A stretch of 48,286 bases of DNA, from the NCBI GenBank assembly GCA_031388685.1, contig JANMRV010000232.1, positions 1 to 48,286 of the forward strand. Direction: 5' to 3'. Position numbers and translations under genes: made by a program. The DNA is from Planctomycetota bacterium (GTDB taxonomy: Bacteria; Planctomycetota; UBA1135; GCA-002686595). Under the pieces are notes generated by a model. It was not told the DNA's origin and ran no database searches. It saw nothing but the letters and a program-made list of their open reading frames with translations. Below are positions 18,242-27,494 of the stretch, piece by piece. Numbering within the stretch: position 1 is the stretch's first letter; each line of letters begins with the position of its first letter.

Positions 18242-18744
18242 AGAGCCGCACTCGAGGACGCGAACTCGCGCTGCAGTTCCTGTACCAAGTCGATCTGCGC
18301 GGAAAATCCGCGCTGGGCGAACGCGACTTGTTCTTGAAAGAGGAGGAGCAGGACAAGGAAGCCCGCAAGTTTGCGCAAGCGCGCATCGAGGGCGTGCTCG
18401 AATCGCAGGCCGAACTCGACCGCACGATCCAGGAAGTCGCGCAGAACTGGGACATCTCGCGCATGGCGGTGATCGACCGAAACGTGCTGCGCATCGCCAC
18501 GTTCGAGCTGTTGCACTGCAAAGACATTCCGCCCAAGGTCGCGATCAACGAAGCGATTGAAATCGGCAAGCGCTTCTCGACTTCGAATTCGGGTGCCTTC
18601 ATCAACGGCATCCTCGACAAGATCAAGACCCGCCACGTCGACAAGGTCGCGGGCGCAACGGCGGCCGGCGAGGGCACGAGCGACGCCGCTGTGGCCGCGC
18701 CCAGCGACGCGGTCAGCAGCGACGAACTCGACGAAGACATCTGA
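18238..18744 (+). CDS. nusB: Transcription antitermination factor NusB
   Basis: Motifs RELALQFLYQVDL...W...MAVIDRNVLRIATFELLHCKDIPPKVAINEAIEIGKRFSTSNSGAFINGILDKI, plus the conserved ribH-nusB arrangement. Confidence 0.9.
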   Translation: MKSRTRGRELALQFLYQVDLRGKSALGERDLFLKEEEQDKEARKFAQARIEGVLESQAELDRTIQEVAQNWDISRMAVIDRNVLRIATFELLHCKDIPPKVAINEAIEIGKRFSTSNSGAFINGILDKIKTRHVDKVAGATAAGEGTSDAAVAAPSDAVSSDELDEDI

Positions 18745-18747
18745 GCC

Positions 18748-19668
18748 ATGGGCCTCCTCGATCGACTCAAGGCCAAGCTGGTCAAGACGCGCGAGACGCT
18801 GTCGGACGGCATCACTGGATTGTTCCGCGGCGGGCGCGCCATCGACCAGGCGCTGCTCGATGAACTCGAAGAACTGCTTTACACCTCCGACCTCGGGCCG
18901 GTAGCTCTGGAAGTCACCAAGGAACTCGCTCGCGCGCACCAGCGCGGCGAAATCAAGGGCGAGGACGACGTGCGCGAGCGCATGCGCGCTGTCCTGATCG
19001 CGCGCCTCGACGAGCGCGGCGGCGAAATCGTTCTCGCCCACAAACCGACTGTGATCCTGGTCTGCGGCGTCAACGGTTCGGGCAAGACGACTTCGATCGC
19101 CAAGCTCGGTCATCGTTTTCGCCAGCAGGGAAAAACTGTGTTGCTCGGAGCCTGCGACACCTTCCGCGCCGCGGCCGCGGAACAACTCGGCATCTGGGCT
19201 TCGCGCAACGGCGCCGACTTCGTGCGCGGCGGCGACGCGGCCGATCCGGCTTCGGTGGCTTTCGATGCCGTCGACAAGGGTCTGGCGCGCGGAGTCGACG
19301 TGATCGTGCTCGACACCGCCGGCCGCCTGCACACGCAAAAGAACCTGATGGCCGAACTCGGCAAGTTGGAGCGCGTGGTCGCCAAGCGCCTGAGCGGTGC
19401 GCCGCACGAGGTGCTCTTGGTCATCGACGCCACCAACGGCCAGAACGCGATCCGCCAGGCGCGCGAATTCACGGCCGCGGTCAAGGTCAGCGGGCTGATA
19501 GTGGCCAAGCTCGACGGCACGGCGCGGGCCGGAGCCATTTTCACGATCCAGCAGGAGCTGGGCATTCCGGTGCGCTACATCGGCACCGGCGAGGCGCTCG
19601 AATTGCTCGAAGCCTTCGACCGCGAGGCCTTCGTCGACGCGGTGGTCAGCACGCAATTGACCCATTAG
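18748..19668 (+). CDS. ftsY: Signal recognition particle receptor FtsY (NG domain only)
   Basis: SRP-GTPase motifs GVNGSGKTTSIAKL, DTAGRLH, AKLDGTARAGAIF and PVRYIGTGE. At 306 aa it has no acidic A domain. Confidence 0.95.
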   Translation: MGLLDRLKAKLVKTRETLSDGITGLFRGGRAIDQALLDELEELLYTSDLGPVALEVTKELARAHQRGEIKGEDDVRERMRAVLIARLDERGGEIVLAHKPTVILVCGVNGSGKTTSIAKLGHRFRQQGKTVLLGACDTFRAAAAEQLGIWASRNGADFVRGGDAADPASVAFDAVDKGLARGVDVIVLDTAGRLHTQKNLMAELGKLERVVAKRLSGAPHEVLLVIDATNGQNAIRQAREFTAAVKVSGLIVAKLDGTARAGAIFTIQQELGIPVRYIGTGEALELLEAFDREAFVDAVVSTQLTH

Positions 19669-19693
19669 CCGGGACAAATCGTTTTCGAACGCC

Positions 19694-21838
19694 GTGGAAG
19701 CTCGTAGCGTGTCGGGCGTCACCCCCACCATGGCCTGGCTCGACCCTCTGCTCGCGCTGTTATTGCTGTTGCCCGCGGCTTGGCTCGCATACCCAGCGAC
19801 GCTCGCGCAGCAGCTCGAGCCTGAATTGAGCGCGACAGGTTGGTGGCTCCTGCTGCAGATTCCCGCTGCGCTCGTGCTGCTCGCGCGCACGCCGCGGCCG
19901 AAGCTGCCACTGTTGACACTGTTCGCGGTCTTCGTCGCGGTCAGCCTCTTGTCTCTGCAGTTGCGCTCGCCGAGCGACACGCTTTCCGCGTCGCGCGCCG
20001 TCATGGCTGGAATCGCGGGCTTGAGCACGCTCGCCGCCGGTTCTTCGCTCGCTGCGCGCGGCCGCCGCGTCCTCGCGATCGGTTTGTTGTTGATCACGAT
20101 CGCCTTGAGCGTGCCGGCGCTCGCCGGCTCTTCCGCGCGATTGCAGGGCGCGCTGCAGAACAGTGGCGCGACGAGCGAAGCAGCCCTGCTCGGCGCCTTG
20201 GCCGCGCTCGCGCTGCTCGTGACACTGCGCGGCAGTTTGCGCGTGCTCGCGCTGATCGCCATCGCCGCCTACGCGGCCTTCGTGGCTCTCGCCCCGGTGA
20301 TCACGGGCGCTTTGGTCTTTGTCGCTTGCGCGCTCATCGCCTTCTTCCTGCGCGCCAAGGATCGCCGCGCGATCGCGCTGGGCCTGTGCGTCTTCGCGCT
20401 CACGGCCGCCGGTTCATTGGCGACAGCTCGCGCCTTCTCGTCGTCCAAGTCAGCAGCGCAACTCGAGTCGCAAGCGCATGCCGAAGGCCACATCGGCGGT
20501 CTGGCCGTTCGACTCTCGATCGCTCCGCGCGCACTGTCCCTATTCGCGGATCATGCCCTGCTCGGTGCCGGCCCCGGCCAATTTCGCGCCAGTTTCCCGC
20601 CCTATCGCGACGCGACCGAACGCGCTCAGTCCAATCGCGCCGCGGGCAGCGGAGTCGAAAGCGAAGTGGAGCACGCGCACAACGACGTGCTGACAACGCT
20701 CGTCGAAACCGGCCTGCTCGGCGGCTTGCCCTGGATCGCGATGAACGTCTGGCTCGCGCTGCTCGCGCTCGCCGCGCTGCGCAGAGACGACGTCACACGC
20801 ATGGCGCTCGCGCTTGCAGTTCTCGGTGTGCTCGCAAACGCCTGGCTGCGCGCGCCATTGAGTTTCAATCCCGCGAGCGCGAGCTTGTTCTTCGCCGCGG
20901 CGGGCGCGTTGATCGCGCGCGACGAGGACGGCGAAACTGGGTCAGGCGCGCGACGCCTGTTCGCCCTCTTGAGTCTTGCCTTGCTCGGATTGCAAGCGCC
21001 GCGCGCGTGGAGTTACGTGAAGCATGGCCGAGCTATGCGCGCGCCCGATGCGATCGACCTCGACGCAGCGCTCGCCGCCTGTCCCGATTCGCCGCTCGCG
21101 CTTTCGCTGAAAGCGCGCAAACTCGCGGCCGATCCGGAGCAGATTCCGCAGGCGCGCGGCGCGTGGCAACGCGTGCTCGACTTGCGCCCGCAAAACTTCG
21201 AGGCGCTCGTGCAAGCCGGAGTACTCGCCGCCGAATCGAACGACCACGCCGCCGCGCGCGCGGATTGGCTGCGCGCAGTCGAACTCGCGCCCGAGCGAAC
21301 CAGCGTGCTACAGAATCTGCTCTTGCTCGACGCGCGCACCGGCGAAGACGCCGACTTTACGGACACCTCGACGCGCGCAACCGGAAAAGTCGATCGCGCC
21401 TGGGCGATCGAAGCCGGCGCGAAGGAACTACTTTCCGGCGACGAGCGCGCCGCGCTGCGCCTGTGGACCTTTGCGCGCTGCGATTGGGTCTTTGAGACTC
21501 CCGAGCAGGTTTACGAACGCTCGCGCGCCGCCGCGAGCGAACCCTCGCCGCTGGTCAAAGCCTGGGAAATGCTCGCCCACCTGCGTTGGGCGCGCGACCA
21601 CGCCTCGGCCAACGACTTTTCCGGCGCTGTGCGCAGCTATCGCCAGGCCCTGCGACTCGGCCCCGATTCGCGGATCATCAGACTCGAACTCGCCGCTGCA
21701 TTGTGGAGCGACGGCAAGCCGGACGACGCGCGCACCGAAATCGAGCGCGCCGCCGCGCGAGCGTCGGATTGGTCGAGACTGTCAACGTGGGCCGGCGACG
21801 TCCTGCTGAAGGCCGGTCTGTTCCCGCGTGCAGACTAA
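19694..21838 (+). CDS. O-antigen ligase family (Wzy_C) polytopic membrane protein fused to C-terminal TPR repeats
   Basis: 714 aa with about 10 TM segments. The Wzy_C loop and motif is ESEVEHAHNDVLTTLVETGLLGGLPWI. The C-terminal 270 aa are TPR-like (AWQRVLDLRPQNFEALVQAGVL..., AVRSYRQALRLGPDS...). The start could be the internal ATG at 19730. Confidence 0.8.
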   Translation: MEARSVSGVTPTMAWLDPLLALLLLLPAAWLAYPATLAQQLEPELSATGWWLLLQIPAALVLLARTPRPKLPLLTLFAVFVAVSLLSLQLRSPSDTLSASRAVMAGIAGLSTLAAGSSLAARGRRVLAIGLLLITIALSVPALAGSSARLQGALQNSGATSEAALLGALAALALLVTLRGSLRVLALIAIAAYAAFVALAPVITGALVFVACALIAFFLRAKDRRAIALGLCVFALTAAGSLATARAFSSSKSAAQLESQAHAEGHIGGLAVRLSIAPRALSLFADHALLGAGPGQFRASFPPYRDATERAQSNRAAGSGVESEVEHAHNDVLTTLVETGLLGGLPWIAMNVWLALLALAALRRDDVTRMALALAVLGVLANAWLRAPLSFNPASASLFFAAAGALIARDEDGETGSGARRLFALLSLALLGLQAPRAWSYVKHGRAMRAPDAIDLDAALAACPDSPLALSLKARKLAADPEQIPQARGAWQRVLDLRPQNFEALVQAGVLAAESNDHAAARADWLRAVELAPERTSVLQNLLLLDARTGEDADFTDTSTRATGKVDRAWAIEAGAKELLSGDERAALRLWTFARCDWVFETPEQVYERSRAAASEPSPLVKAWEMLAHLRWARDHASANDFSGAVRSYRQALRLGPDSRIIRLELAAALWSDGKPDDARTEIERAAARASDWSRLSTWAGDVLLKAGLFPRAD

Positions 21839-22013
21839 CCGCACGTCTTCCGCGATGTTCGTGCCAGCGTTGCCAGTAGGCTCGACGGCGCGCACCGAAG
21901 CGAAGTGGCCGTTGGCACCACTCTCATACGCCAAGCCGAGTGCACCCTTGCTGATGGGCCGAAACGCTGGCGTCGGCCGGAACGACTACTGGACAATGGT
22001 GTACTCGACCGCG

Positions 22014-22166
22014 TCAGAGAGCATCGATGATCACGACTCCCAGGGCGACCAAGGCGATCGCGCCGAGAAGCGCGATGCCAGAGCGATCGAGAGCCAATCC
22101 GGGAAGTGTGCCGGCGATCAGGCCCAGGTAGACCAGGCAGAAGATCAGGATCACGGTCGTGGTCAT
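22014..22166 (-). pseudogene. 50-codon hydrophobic ORF resembling the N-terminus of ArsB/NhaD-superfamily (YbiR/SLC13-like) anion permeases; likely gene remnant, alternatively a small 2-TM peptide
   Basis: MTTTVILIFCLVYLGLIAGTLPGLALDRSGIALLGAIALVALGVVIIDAL, then a stop. The ATG overlaps the stop of the upstream YfhO-like gene (ATGA). The pattern vYlG.i.g.lPgL.lDRtGiALlGA is what I recall from the first two helices of these permeases. No continuation in any frame in 21839..22013. Confidence 0.3.
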
Positions 22167-25033
22167 GGCGCGAGCAACTTCCAGCGCGCGATCCTCCAAC
22201 TTCCTATCACGACCGAGAGCAAGCCGAGCGCTGCGAGCCACAGGCCAAGCGTCCACGAACGCGGCGCGTAGCGAAACACGACGCGGTGCGCGCCCGTTTC
22301 AAGCGCCACGGCGCGGAAGATCGAATCGGCGCGCAGCAGGGGCCGATCGACTCCGTCGACGCTGACGTGCCAGCCGGGGAAATGCTGCTCGGTCAAGATC
22401 AAGAGACCAGCGCCGTCCAATTTGACTTCGAGTTCCACGGCGTCGTTGTGCCAGGCGATCGCTCCCACATCGGCATGCTGGAAAGGCGTCGCCGTTTCGA
22501 ACTTGCCGCCGTCCTCGAGGAACGCTGCCTGCAGCGGATCGAAGTGCGCGAGGTCGGCGAGCACGCTTTCGCGCGTCACCGTGCGCGACACGCAAAACGC
22601 GCGCGGCAGCGGATCGATCGCACGATAAATCCAACATTCAGCTCGCTCCGGAGCCGTCGCATCCGGGCTCGCGATCAACTCGAAGCCGGGCGCGTCGATC
22701 GGAGCGGCGAGCACCAGCGCGCCGACGCCGAGCAAACGGAAGGCCGGTGAATCGAGTTGCGCATTGCGCGCCGAGAATCCCAGCAGCGGCTGAGCTCCCG
22801 GTCGAAGTACCGCGCTGCGATAGCCGTCGAACGACGCGGGATCGAGGCCGTCGTAGCCGTCGATCGCGCGCAGGCCGCGGATCATGCCGGTGTTCGCGGG
22901 CAGCACGCCGGGCTCGGCAAAGTAGCGCCGCGAGCCGAGTTCGCGGGCCAAAATCGTCTCGGTTTGCGTCAGCGGAAACACGCGCGTGCGCTCGATCGCT
23001 GGATGAATCTGCGCCAAGAATCCAAGGCCCTGCAACGCGGCGAAAAGGATCAGGCACCAGGCCGGAATTCCGGGCGAGAGACCGATCACGAACAACGCGG
23101 CGAGCAACCAATACACAATCGAACGTGTCGAGGCGCTGACCTCGCGCTCGAGACTCGAAGTCGAAACGACGCGCTCGCCCAGCAGTTTTCCGCTCGCGTC
23201 CAGGAGCCGCAGCGTGAAACGCCAGTGGCCTTCTGGAAGATGCTCCAGCCAAAGGCGCGACGCGCGAAAGTACGTGGCGTCGGCGGGACCGGGCGACGTG
23301 TTGATCCCCGGCGTGCGCGACAGTTCGACGGGCACACTGCGGGGCACGTCGTCGTCCGATGCGGAACCCACGCGCTCGACCGCGAGCTCCGCGCCCTGGA
23401 CCGTGAGTCCAGGATGGATCCAACCGGACAGGCCGGCCTCGGCGCTGATCTCGCGGCCAGGCCGCTCGCTGAATTCGACCACGCCGTCGTTGGGATCGCT
23501 GCTGCGCAGATTGTCGTCGAGCGCTTCGAGTGGCGCATGACGCAGCGCGAGGATCGCAAGTAGGCCCAGCGTCCCGACGGCGGCGAGGCGCGAGCTCAGA
23601 TTCGCGCGTTCGAGCGCTTCGCCGGCAAGCAACGAAAGGCAAAGCGCGGAAACGAGCGCGAAGCGCACCGTCGCCGCAAGTCCTATCAGCGGAAGTTGGC
23701 GGTAGAGGTCGAGCACGCCCGGCGCATGCAGTGCCAGGAGCAGCGCGCCGAGACCGAGCAACATGCACGTCGTGCGGCGAGTCATGCCAGGCGCTTCGGC
23801 TCGCGGCGAAGTCAAACACGCGGCCAAGGCCAGGATCGCGATCGGTGCGGCGATCCAGGCGCTGGCCTGCTCCAGGAATTGCCCGCCACCGCGAAACTCG
23901 GCCGGACCTCCCAGCGCATCGGGCCACAGGAAAAGACGCGCGGACTCAGTCGCTTGCCGCGAAAAAATCATGGTGAGGCAAACGGCGAGCAGCAGTCCCA
24001 CGCCGAACGATGTCGCGCGGCCCGCCGAGTTGGTTCGTTGCGCGCTCAGCTCGCGCCAGCGCCAAACGATGCCGATCGCGACCGCGCACAGACCGAGGGC
24101 AATCCAATCGGGTTCCCGCGGCGGCGCTAGCAGCTGCCGGGCGATCATCGCGCCGGAGCTTTGCAGGTATTCGACGAACGGCGCGAGGCTTGGCGCCGCG
24201 AGCAGAGTCCCGCAGGCCAGCGCCGCGATCGCGGCGACGCCAGTGCGCCGCTGGTCGCGCCAAAGCGCGAGCGACCACAGTCCGCAGGCGAGACCGACGT
24301 TGAAGGCGGTCTCGGGATGGCCGCCGAGGATCGCGGCGGCAAAGAGCAGGCTCGCGGCGACGAAGGCGCGCGCCGGCCGTGCGCCGCGCAGTCCCTCCAA
24401 CGCAAATAGGCACCATGGCAGGAACGGCGCCACGTGGCCGAGACTGTGGTTGGCCCACAGCGCGACGAAGCCCGCGCTCGAGAAGCCGACGGCCGCCAGC
24501 GTCGCGCCCTGGGCCCCCAGCCCCAGGCGCCGCGCGAGCGCGAATGCTCCGCTCGCGGCAAAGGCCAGGCGCATCCATATAAGGAAGGCAAAACTCCAGT
24601 CGAAGGCCGCCGGACCGAAAAGCTTGCCGATGAGGACCTGCAGAAGAACCTGCGGATCGAGCACACCGAGCTGCGGATTGCCGATCGCTGGAGCGCCTGC
24701 GTAGATCAGCGGATTCCACAGGGGCGGCCCACCGCTCCCCCACTCGCGCGCCACGAAGCGGTAGGCCGGGTAGAAGACCATGCCCTGATCGGCGAGTTCG
24801 GGATTGGCGACCTGATCGCTGCCGTCGGGGGCGGCGGACCAGGGCCGCTGAGCGCAGGCTGTGTCCACGCCGAATAGGATCCGGCTCGGGTCAAACAGGC
24901 CTGCGCGCAACGGCCAGGCGAACAGCGTCAGCGCGACGAAGAAGCTGAGCGCGAGTTCGCGCCAGGTCAACGGGGGTCGCGCGTTCGTGGATCTCAACTC
25001 GCCCAGCAGAGACAAGTGCAGGGCGCCCTGCAA
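22163..25033 (-). CDS. YfhO-family polytopic membrane protein (GT-C type glycosyltransferase-like)
   Basis: 956 aa with a TTG start. It has more than 10 N-terminal TMs, a large extracytoplasmic domain and a final C-terminal TM. The YfhO-like C-terminal pattern is LILTEQHFPGWHVSVDGVDRPLLRADSIFRAVALETGAHRVVFRYAPRSW. Confidence 0.7.
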   Translation of the reverse strand: MQGALHLSLLGELRSTNARPPLTWRELALSFFVALTLFAWPLRAGLFDPSRILFGVDTACAQRPWSAAPDGSDQVANPELADQGMVFYPAYRFVAREWGSGGPPLWNPLIYAGAPAIGNPQLGVLDPQVLLQVLIGKLFGPAAFDWSFAFLIWMRLAFAASGAFALARRLGLGAQGATLAAVGFSSAGFVALWANHSLGHVAPFLPWCLFALEGLRGARPARAFVAASLLFAAAILGGHPETAFNVGLACGLWSLALWRDQRRTGVAAIAALACGTLLAAPSLAPFVEYLQSSGAMIARQLLAPPREPDWIALGLCAVAIGIVWRWRELSAQRTNSAGRATSFGVGLLLAVCLTMIFSRQATESARLFLWPDALGGPAEFRGGGQFLEQASAWIAAPIAILALAACLTSPRAEAPGMTRRTTCMLLGLGALLLALHAPGVLDLYRQLPLIGLAATVRFALVSALCLSLLAGEALERANLSSRLAAVGTLGLLAILALRHAPLEALDDNLRSSDPNDGVVEFSERPGREISAEAGLSGWIHPGLTVQGAELAVERVGSASDDDVPRSVPVELSRTPGINTSPGPADATYFRASRLWLEHLPEGHWRFTLRLLDASGKLLGERVVSTSSLEREVSASTRSIVYWLLAALFVIGLSPGIPAWCLILFAALQGLGFLAQIHPAIERTRVFPLTQTETILARELGSRRYFAEPGVLPANTGMIRGLRAIDGYDGLDPASFDGYRSAVLRPGAQPLLGFSARNAQLDSPAFRLLGVGALVLAAPIDAPGFELIASPDATAPERAECWIYRAIDPLPRAFCVSRTVTRESVLADLAHFDPLQAAFLEDGGKFETATPFQHADVGAIAWHNDAVELEVKLDGAGLLILTEQHFPGWHVSVDGVDRPLLRADSIFRAVALETGAHRVVFRYAPRSWTLGLWLAALGLLSVVIGSWRIARWKLLAP

Positions 25034-25076
25034 GCGGGCCGCGAAAAGCTCATGCCTGTGCCGATAGACTCAAGCG

Positions 25077-25799
25077 GTGCCGCCTCCCCGTCTGTCGGTC
25101 GTCGTGCCCGCCTTCAATGAAGCGCGCGGCCTGGAAGAGCACCTGAAGCAGATCTCCGCATACCTGGCCGGCCGCGCGGAGAGTTTCGAGATCCTGTGCG
25201 TCGACGACGGTTCGCGCGACGGCAGCGGCGAGATTTTGGCGCGCCTCGGACCCGAGGTTCGCGCGCTGCGTCACACTGAAAATCGCGGCAAGGGCGCGGC
25301 GGTCCGCAGCGGTGCGCTCGAAGCTCGCGGCGAGCGCATCGTTTTCCTCGATGCGGACCTGGCCACCGACCTCGCCTGCTTGGAACCGCTGCTAGCAGCC
25401 CTTGACGCGGGCGCCGATGTCGCGCTCGGAAGCCGGCGAGCGCCCGGCGCCGACATCGCGCAGCGTCAGCCGCCTTTGCGCGAGTTCATGGGCCGCGTTT
25501 TTTCGCGTCTGGCGCGCGTCCTGATCGCGCCGGAGGTGCTCGACTTCACCTGCGGCTTCAAGGGTTTTCGGCGCGAAGCGGCCCAGGCGATTTTCTCCCG
25601 AGCGCGCGTGAATCGCTGGGCTTTTGACGCCGAGGTCGTCGCAATCGCACGCTCGCGTGGGCTGAAGCTGGTCCAGGTCCCGGTGCGCTGGCGCCATTGC
25701 GGCCCAAGCAAAGTGCGCGTCTTCGGTGCGGCGGCGGGCTCGCTGCTTGCGCTGCTTGGGATTTTCGGCCGCAGACTCCTGAGAACCTATCGGGCATGA
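25077..25799 (+). CDS. Family 2 glycosyltransferase (polyprenyl-phosphate sugar synthase-like, DPM1/GtrB/CsbB type)
   Basis: 240 aa with a GTG start. Motifs are LSVVVPAFNEA, ILCVDDGSRDGS, VFLDADL and a KGFRR-type acceptor loop. It is divergent from the YfhO-like gene, 43 nt apart. Confidence 0.85.
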   Translation: MPPPRLSVVVPAFNEARGLEEHLKQISAYLAGRAESFEILCVDDGSRDGSGEILARLGPEVRALRHTENRGKGAAVRSGALEARGERIVFLDADLATDLACLEPLLAALDAGADVALGSRRAPGADIAQRQPPLREFMGRVFSRLARVLIAPEVLDFTCGFKGFRREAAQAIFSRARVNRWAFDAEVVAIARSRGLKLVQVPVRWRHCGPSKVRVFGAAAGSLLALLGIFGRRLLRTYRA

Positions 25800-26551
25800 A
25801 CCGCGAAGCCTTCGACGAGTTGCGCGCCCTCGAGGACCACCACTGGTGGTTCCGCAGCCGGCGCGCGGCCATTCGCGAACACGTCGATCTCGGTCTCGCG
25901 CGCTCTCCAACGGGCGCGATCGTCGATGTCGGCTGCGGCACAGGCGCCAACCTGGCCTGGCTCGCGCAGCGCACGAAGAATTCGCGACTGATCGGATTGG
26001 AGCCCGATGCCCATGCGCTCGAACTCGCAGACGAGCGGGAACTCCGCGTGTGCCTCTTGCGCGCCGACGCCGCGCGCCTGCCACTCAAGTCGGCCGGCGC
26101 GGCCCTGATCGTCTGCTGCGACGTGCTCGAACACATCGACGACGATTCGGCGGCCTGCCGCGAGCTGTTCCGCGTGCTCGCTCCTGGCGGGACGCTCGTG
26201 GTCACCGTCCCGGCCGGCGACTCGCTCTGGTCGGCGCACGATCGGGCCCTGGGACATCGGCGGCGCTATGCGCGCGGAGTCCTGGAGGGGCGTCTCGCTG
26301 CCGCGGGCTTCGAGATCGAAGCCCGACACGGGTTCATCCTGGCACTCTGGCCGCTGGTCTGGATCGTGCGCCGCTGGCGACGGAATTCAGAATACAAGAA
26401 GGCGAGCGTCGCGCCGAGTTCAGACTTCGTCGCGCTGCCGTCGCCGATCAACGCCGCGCTGGTGGGCTGGCTGTGGCTCGAGAGCCGGACGATTCGCCTC
26501 ATGCGCTGGCGCAGCGGCGTCTCGCTGGTCGTCCGCGCGCGGCGCAGATGA
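25796..26551 (+). CDS. Class I SAM-dependent methyltransferase, HWWF-type (paralog 1)
   Basis: Within ORF 25697..26551. The ATG at 25796 overlaps the GT2 stop (ATGA). The protein has MNREAFDELRALEDHHWWFRSRR, SAM motif I VDVGCGTGAN, CCDVLEHIDDD and LAPGGTLVVTVP. Confidence 0.85.
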   Translation: MNREAFDELRALEDHHWWFRSRRAAIREHVDLGLARSPTGAIVDVGCGTGANLAWLAQRTKNSRLIGLEPDAHALELADERELRVCLLRADAARLPLKSAGAALIVCCDVLEHIDDDSAACRELFRVLAPGGTLVVTVPAGDSLWSAHDRALGHRRRYARGVLEGRLAAAGFEIEARHGFILALWPLVWIVRRWRRNSEYKKASVAPSSDFVALPSPINAALVGWLWLESRTIRLMRWRSGVSLVVRARRR

Positions 26552-26804
26552 CCGAACGGTCGCGGGCCTGTAAGTCTTCGCCCGGATACACACATCGAAC
26601 GCCCTGCACCTGCAACAGGGGTATTCCAGGTGCGTACGCGCAGCGCTTCCTATCCCGCCCCTGACGTCCGCTCGCTATCCTTGGAGCCAGCGACGCCACG
26701 GGGAAACCATGACAGAGCGCGCGAGCATTCCGTTCGCCCGCGAAAATCCTGCGAGCCCCTAAATGATTCAAGCAGCACCGACGTCGCGTCCGAAGGCGAA
26801 AACG

Positions 26805-27494
26805 ATGACCCACAGCATCTTGATCATCGAAGACGAGCAGGACCTGGCGCTTGGCGTGCGCGACGCGCTGACCAACGCCGGGTTCCAAGCCGAGGTGGCG
26901 AGCGACGGCCCGTCGGGACTGGCGCGCTTGCGCGCAGGTGTTTTCGACCTGGTCGTCCTGGACTTGATGTTGCCGGGCATGAACGGCCTCGAGCTTTTGC
27001 GCACGCTGCGGCGCGATCGCCAGGACGTGCGCGTCCTGATCCTGACCGCGATGGCCGAGGAGGACGACTTGATCGCGGGCTTCCAAGCCGGCGCCGACGA
27101 CTACATGTCCAAGCCCTTTTCCCCGCGCGAATTGGTGGCGCGCGTCGAGGCGCAGTTTCGCCGCCGCGACTCGGTCACGCCGGCGCGGGCCAAGTTGGAT
27201 CTGCCCGGCGGCATCACGGTCGATCTGGCGCGTCTGGAGGTCTACCGCAAGGGCCAAGTGATCGCGATGACGCCGCGCGAGGGCGACATCCTCGAATACC
27301 TGATGCGCCACCGCGACAAGGTGGTCACGCGCGACGACCTGCTGCTCGACGTCTGGCACTACAAGAGCGCGAACGTCGAGACGCGCACGGTCGACATTCA
27401 CATCGTCGGATTGCGTCGCAAGATCGAAGTCGACCCCGCCAAGCCGCAGTTCATCCAGACGGTGCGCGGCAAGGGCTACCGTTGGTTCAGCTGA
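26805..27494 (+). CDS. OmpR/PhoB-family response regulator (receiver + winged-helix)
   Basis: ORF 26763..27494. The preferred ATG is 26805 (MTHSILIIEDE), with GAAGG 8 nt upstream. Receiver motifs are DLVVLDLMLPGMNG, ILTA and KPF. The winged helix is LTPREGDILEYLMRH...VDIHIVGLRRKIE...IQTVRGKGYRW. Confidence 0.9.
   Translation: MTHSILIIEDEQDLALGVRDALTNAGFQAEVASDGPSGLARLRAGVFDLVVLDLMLPGMNGLELLRTLRRDRQDVRVLILTAMAEEDDLIAGFQAGADDYMSKPFSPRELVARVEAQFRRRDSVTPARAKLDLPGGITVDLARLEVYRKGQVIAMTPREGDILEYLMRHRDKVVTRDDLLLDVWHYKSANVETRTVDIHIVGLRRKIEVDPAKPQFIQTVRGKGYRWFS

Noticed and set aside
17968-20262. 764-aa minus-strand ORF spanning ribH, nusB and ftsY
   Set aside because: It is antisense to three strongly conserved housekeeping genes. 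Its translation is Ala/Arg/Ser-rich low complexity with no motifs. This is a typical high-GC shadow ORF.
26630-27481. N-terminal 284 codons of the 890-aa ORF. Similar 5' extensions occur in ORFs 29767, 31623, 34463, 32505..35027, 37591..39789, 39171..40637 and 39650..42223.
   Set aside because: These extensions overlap well-supported neighbouring genes out of frame and are Arg/Pro/Gly-rich. The real genes start at internal ATG, GTG or TTG codons placed right at the upstream stop, with signal peptides, TMs or prepilin motifs immediately after.
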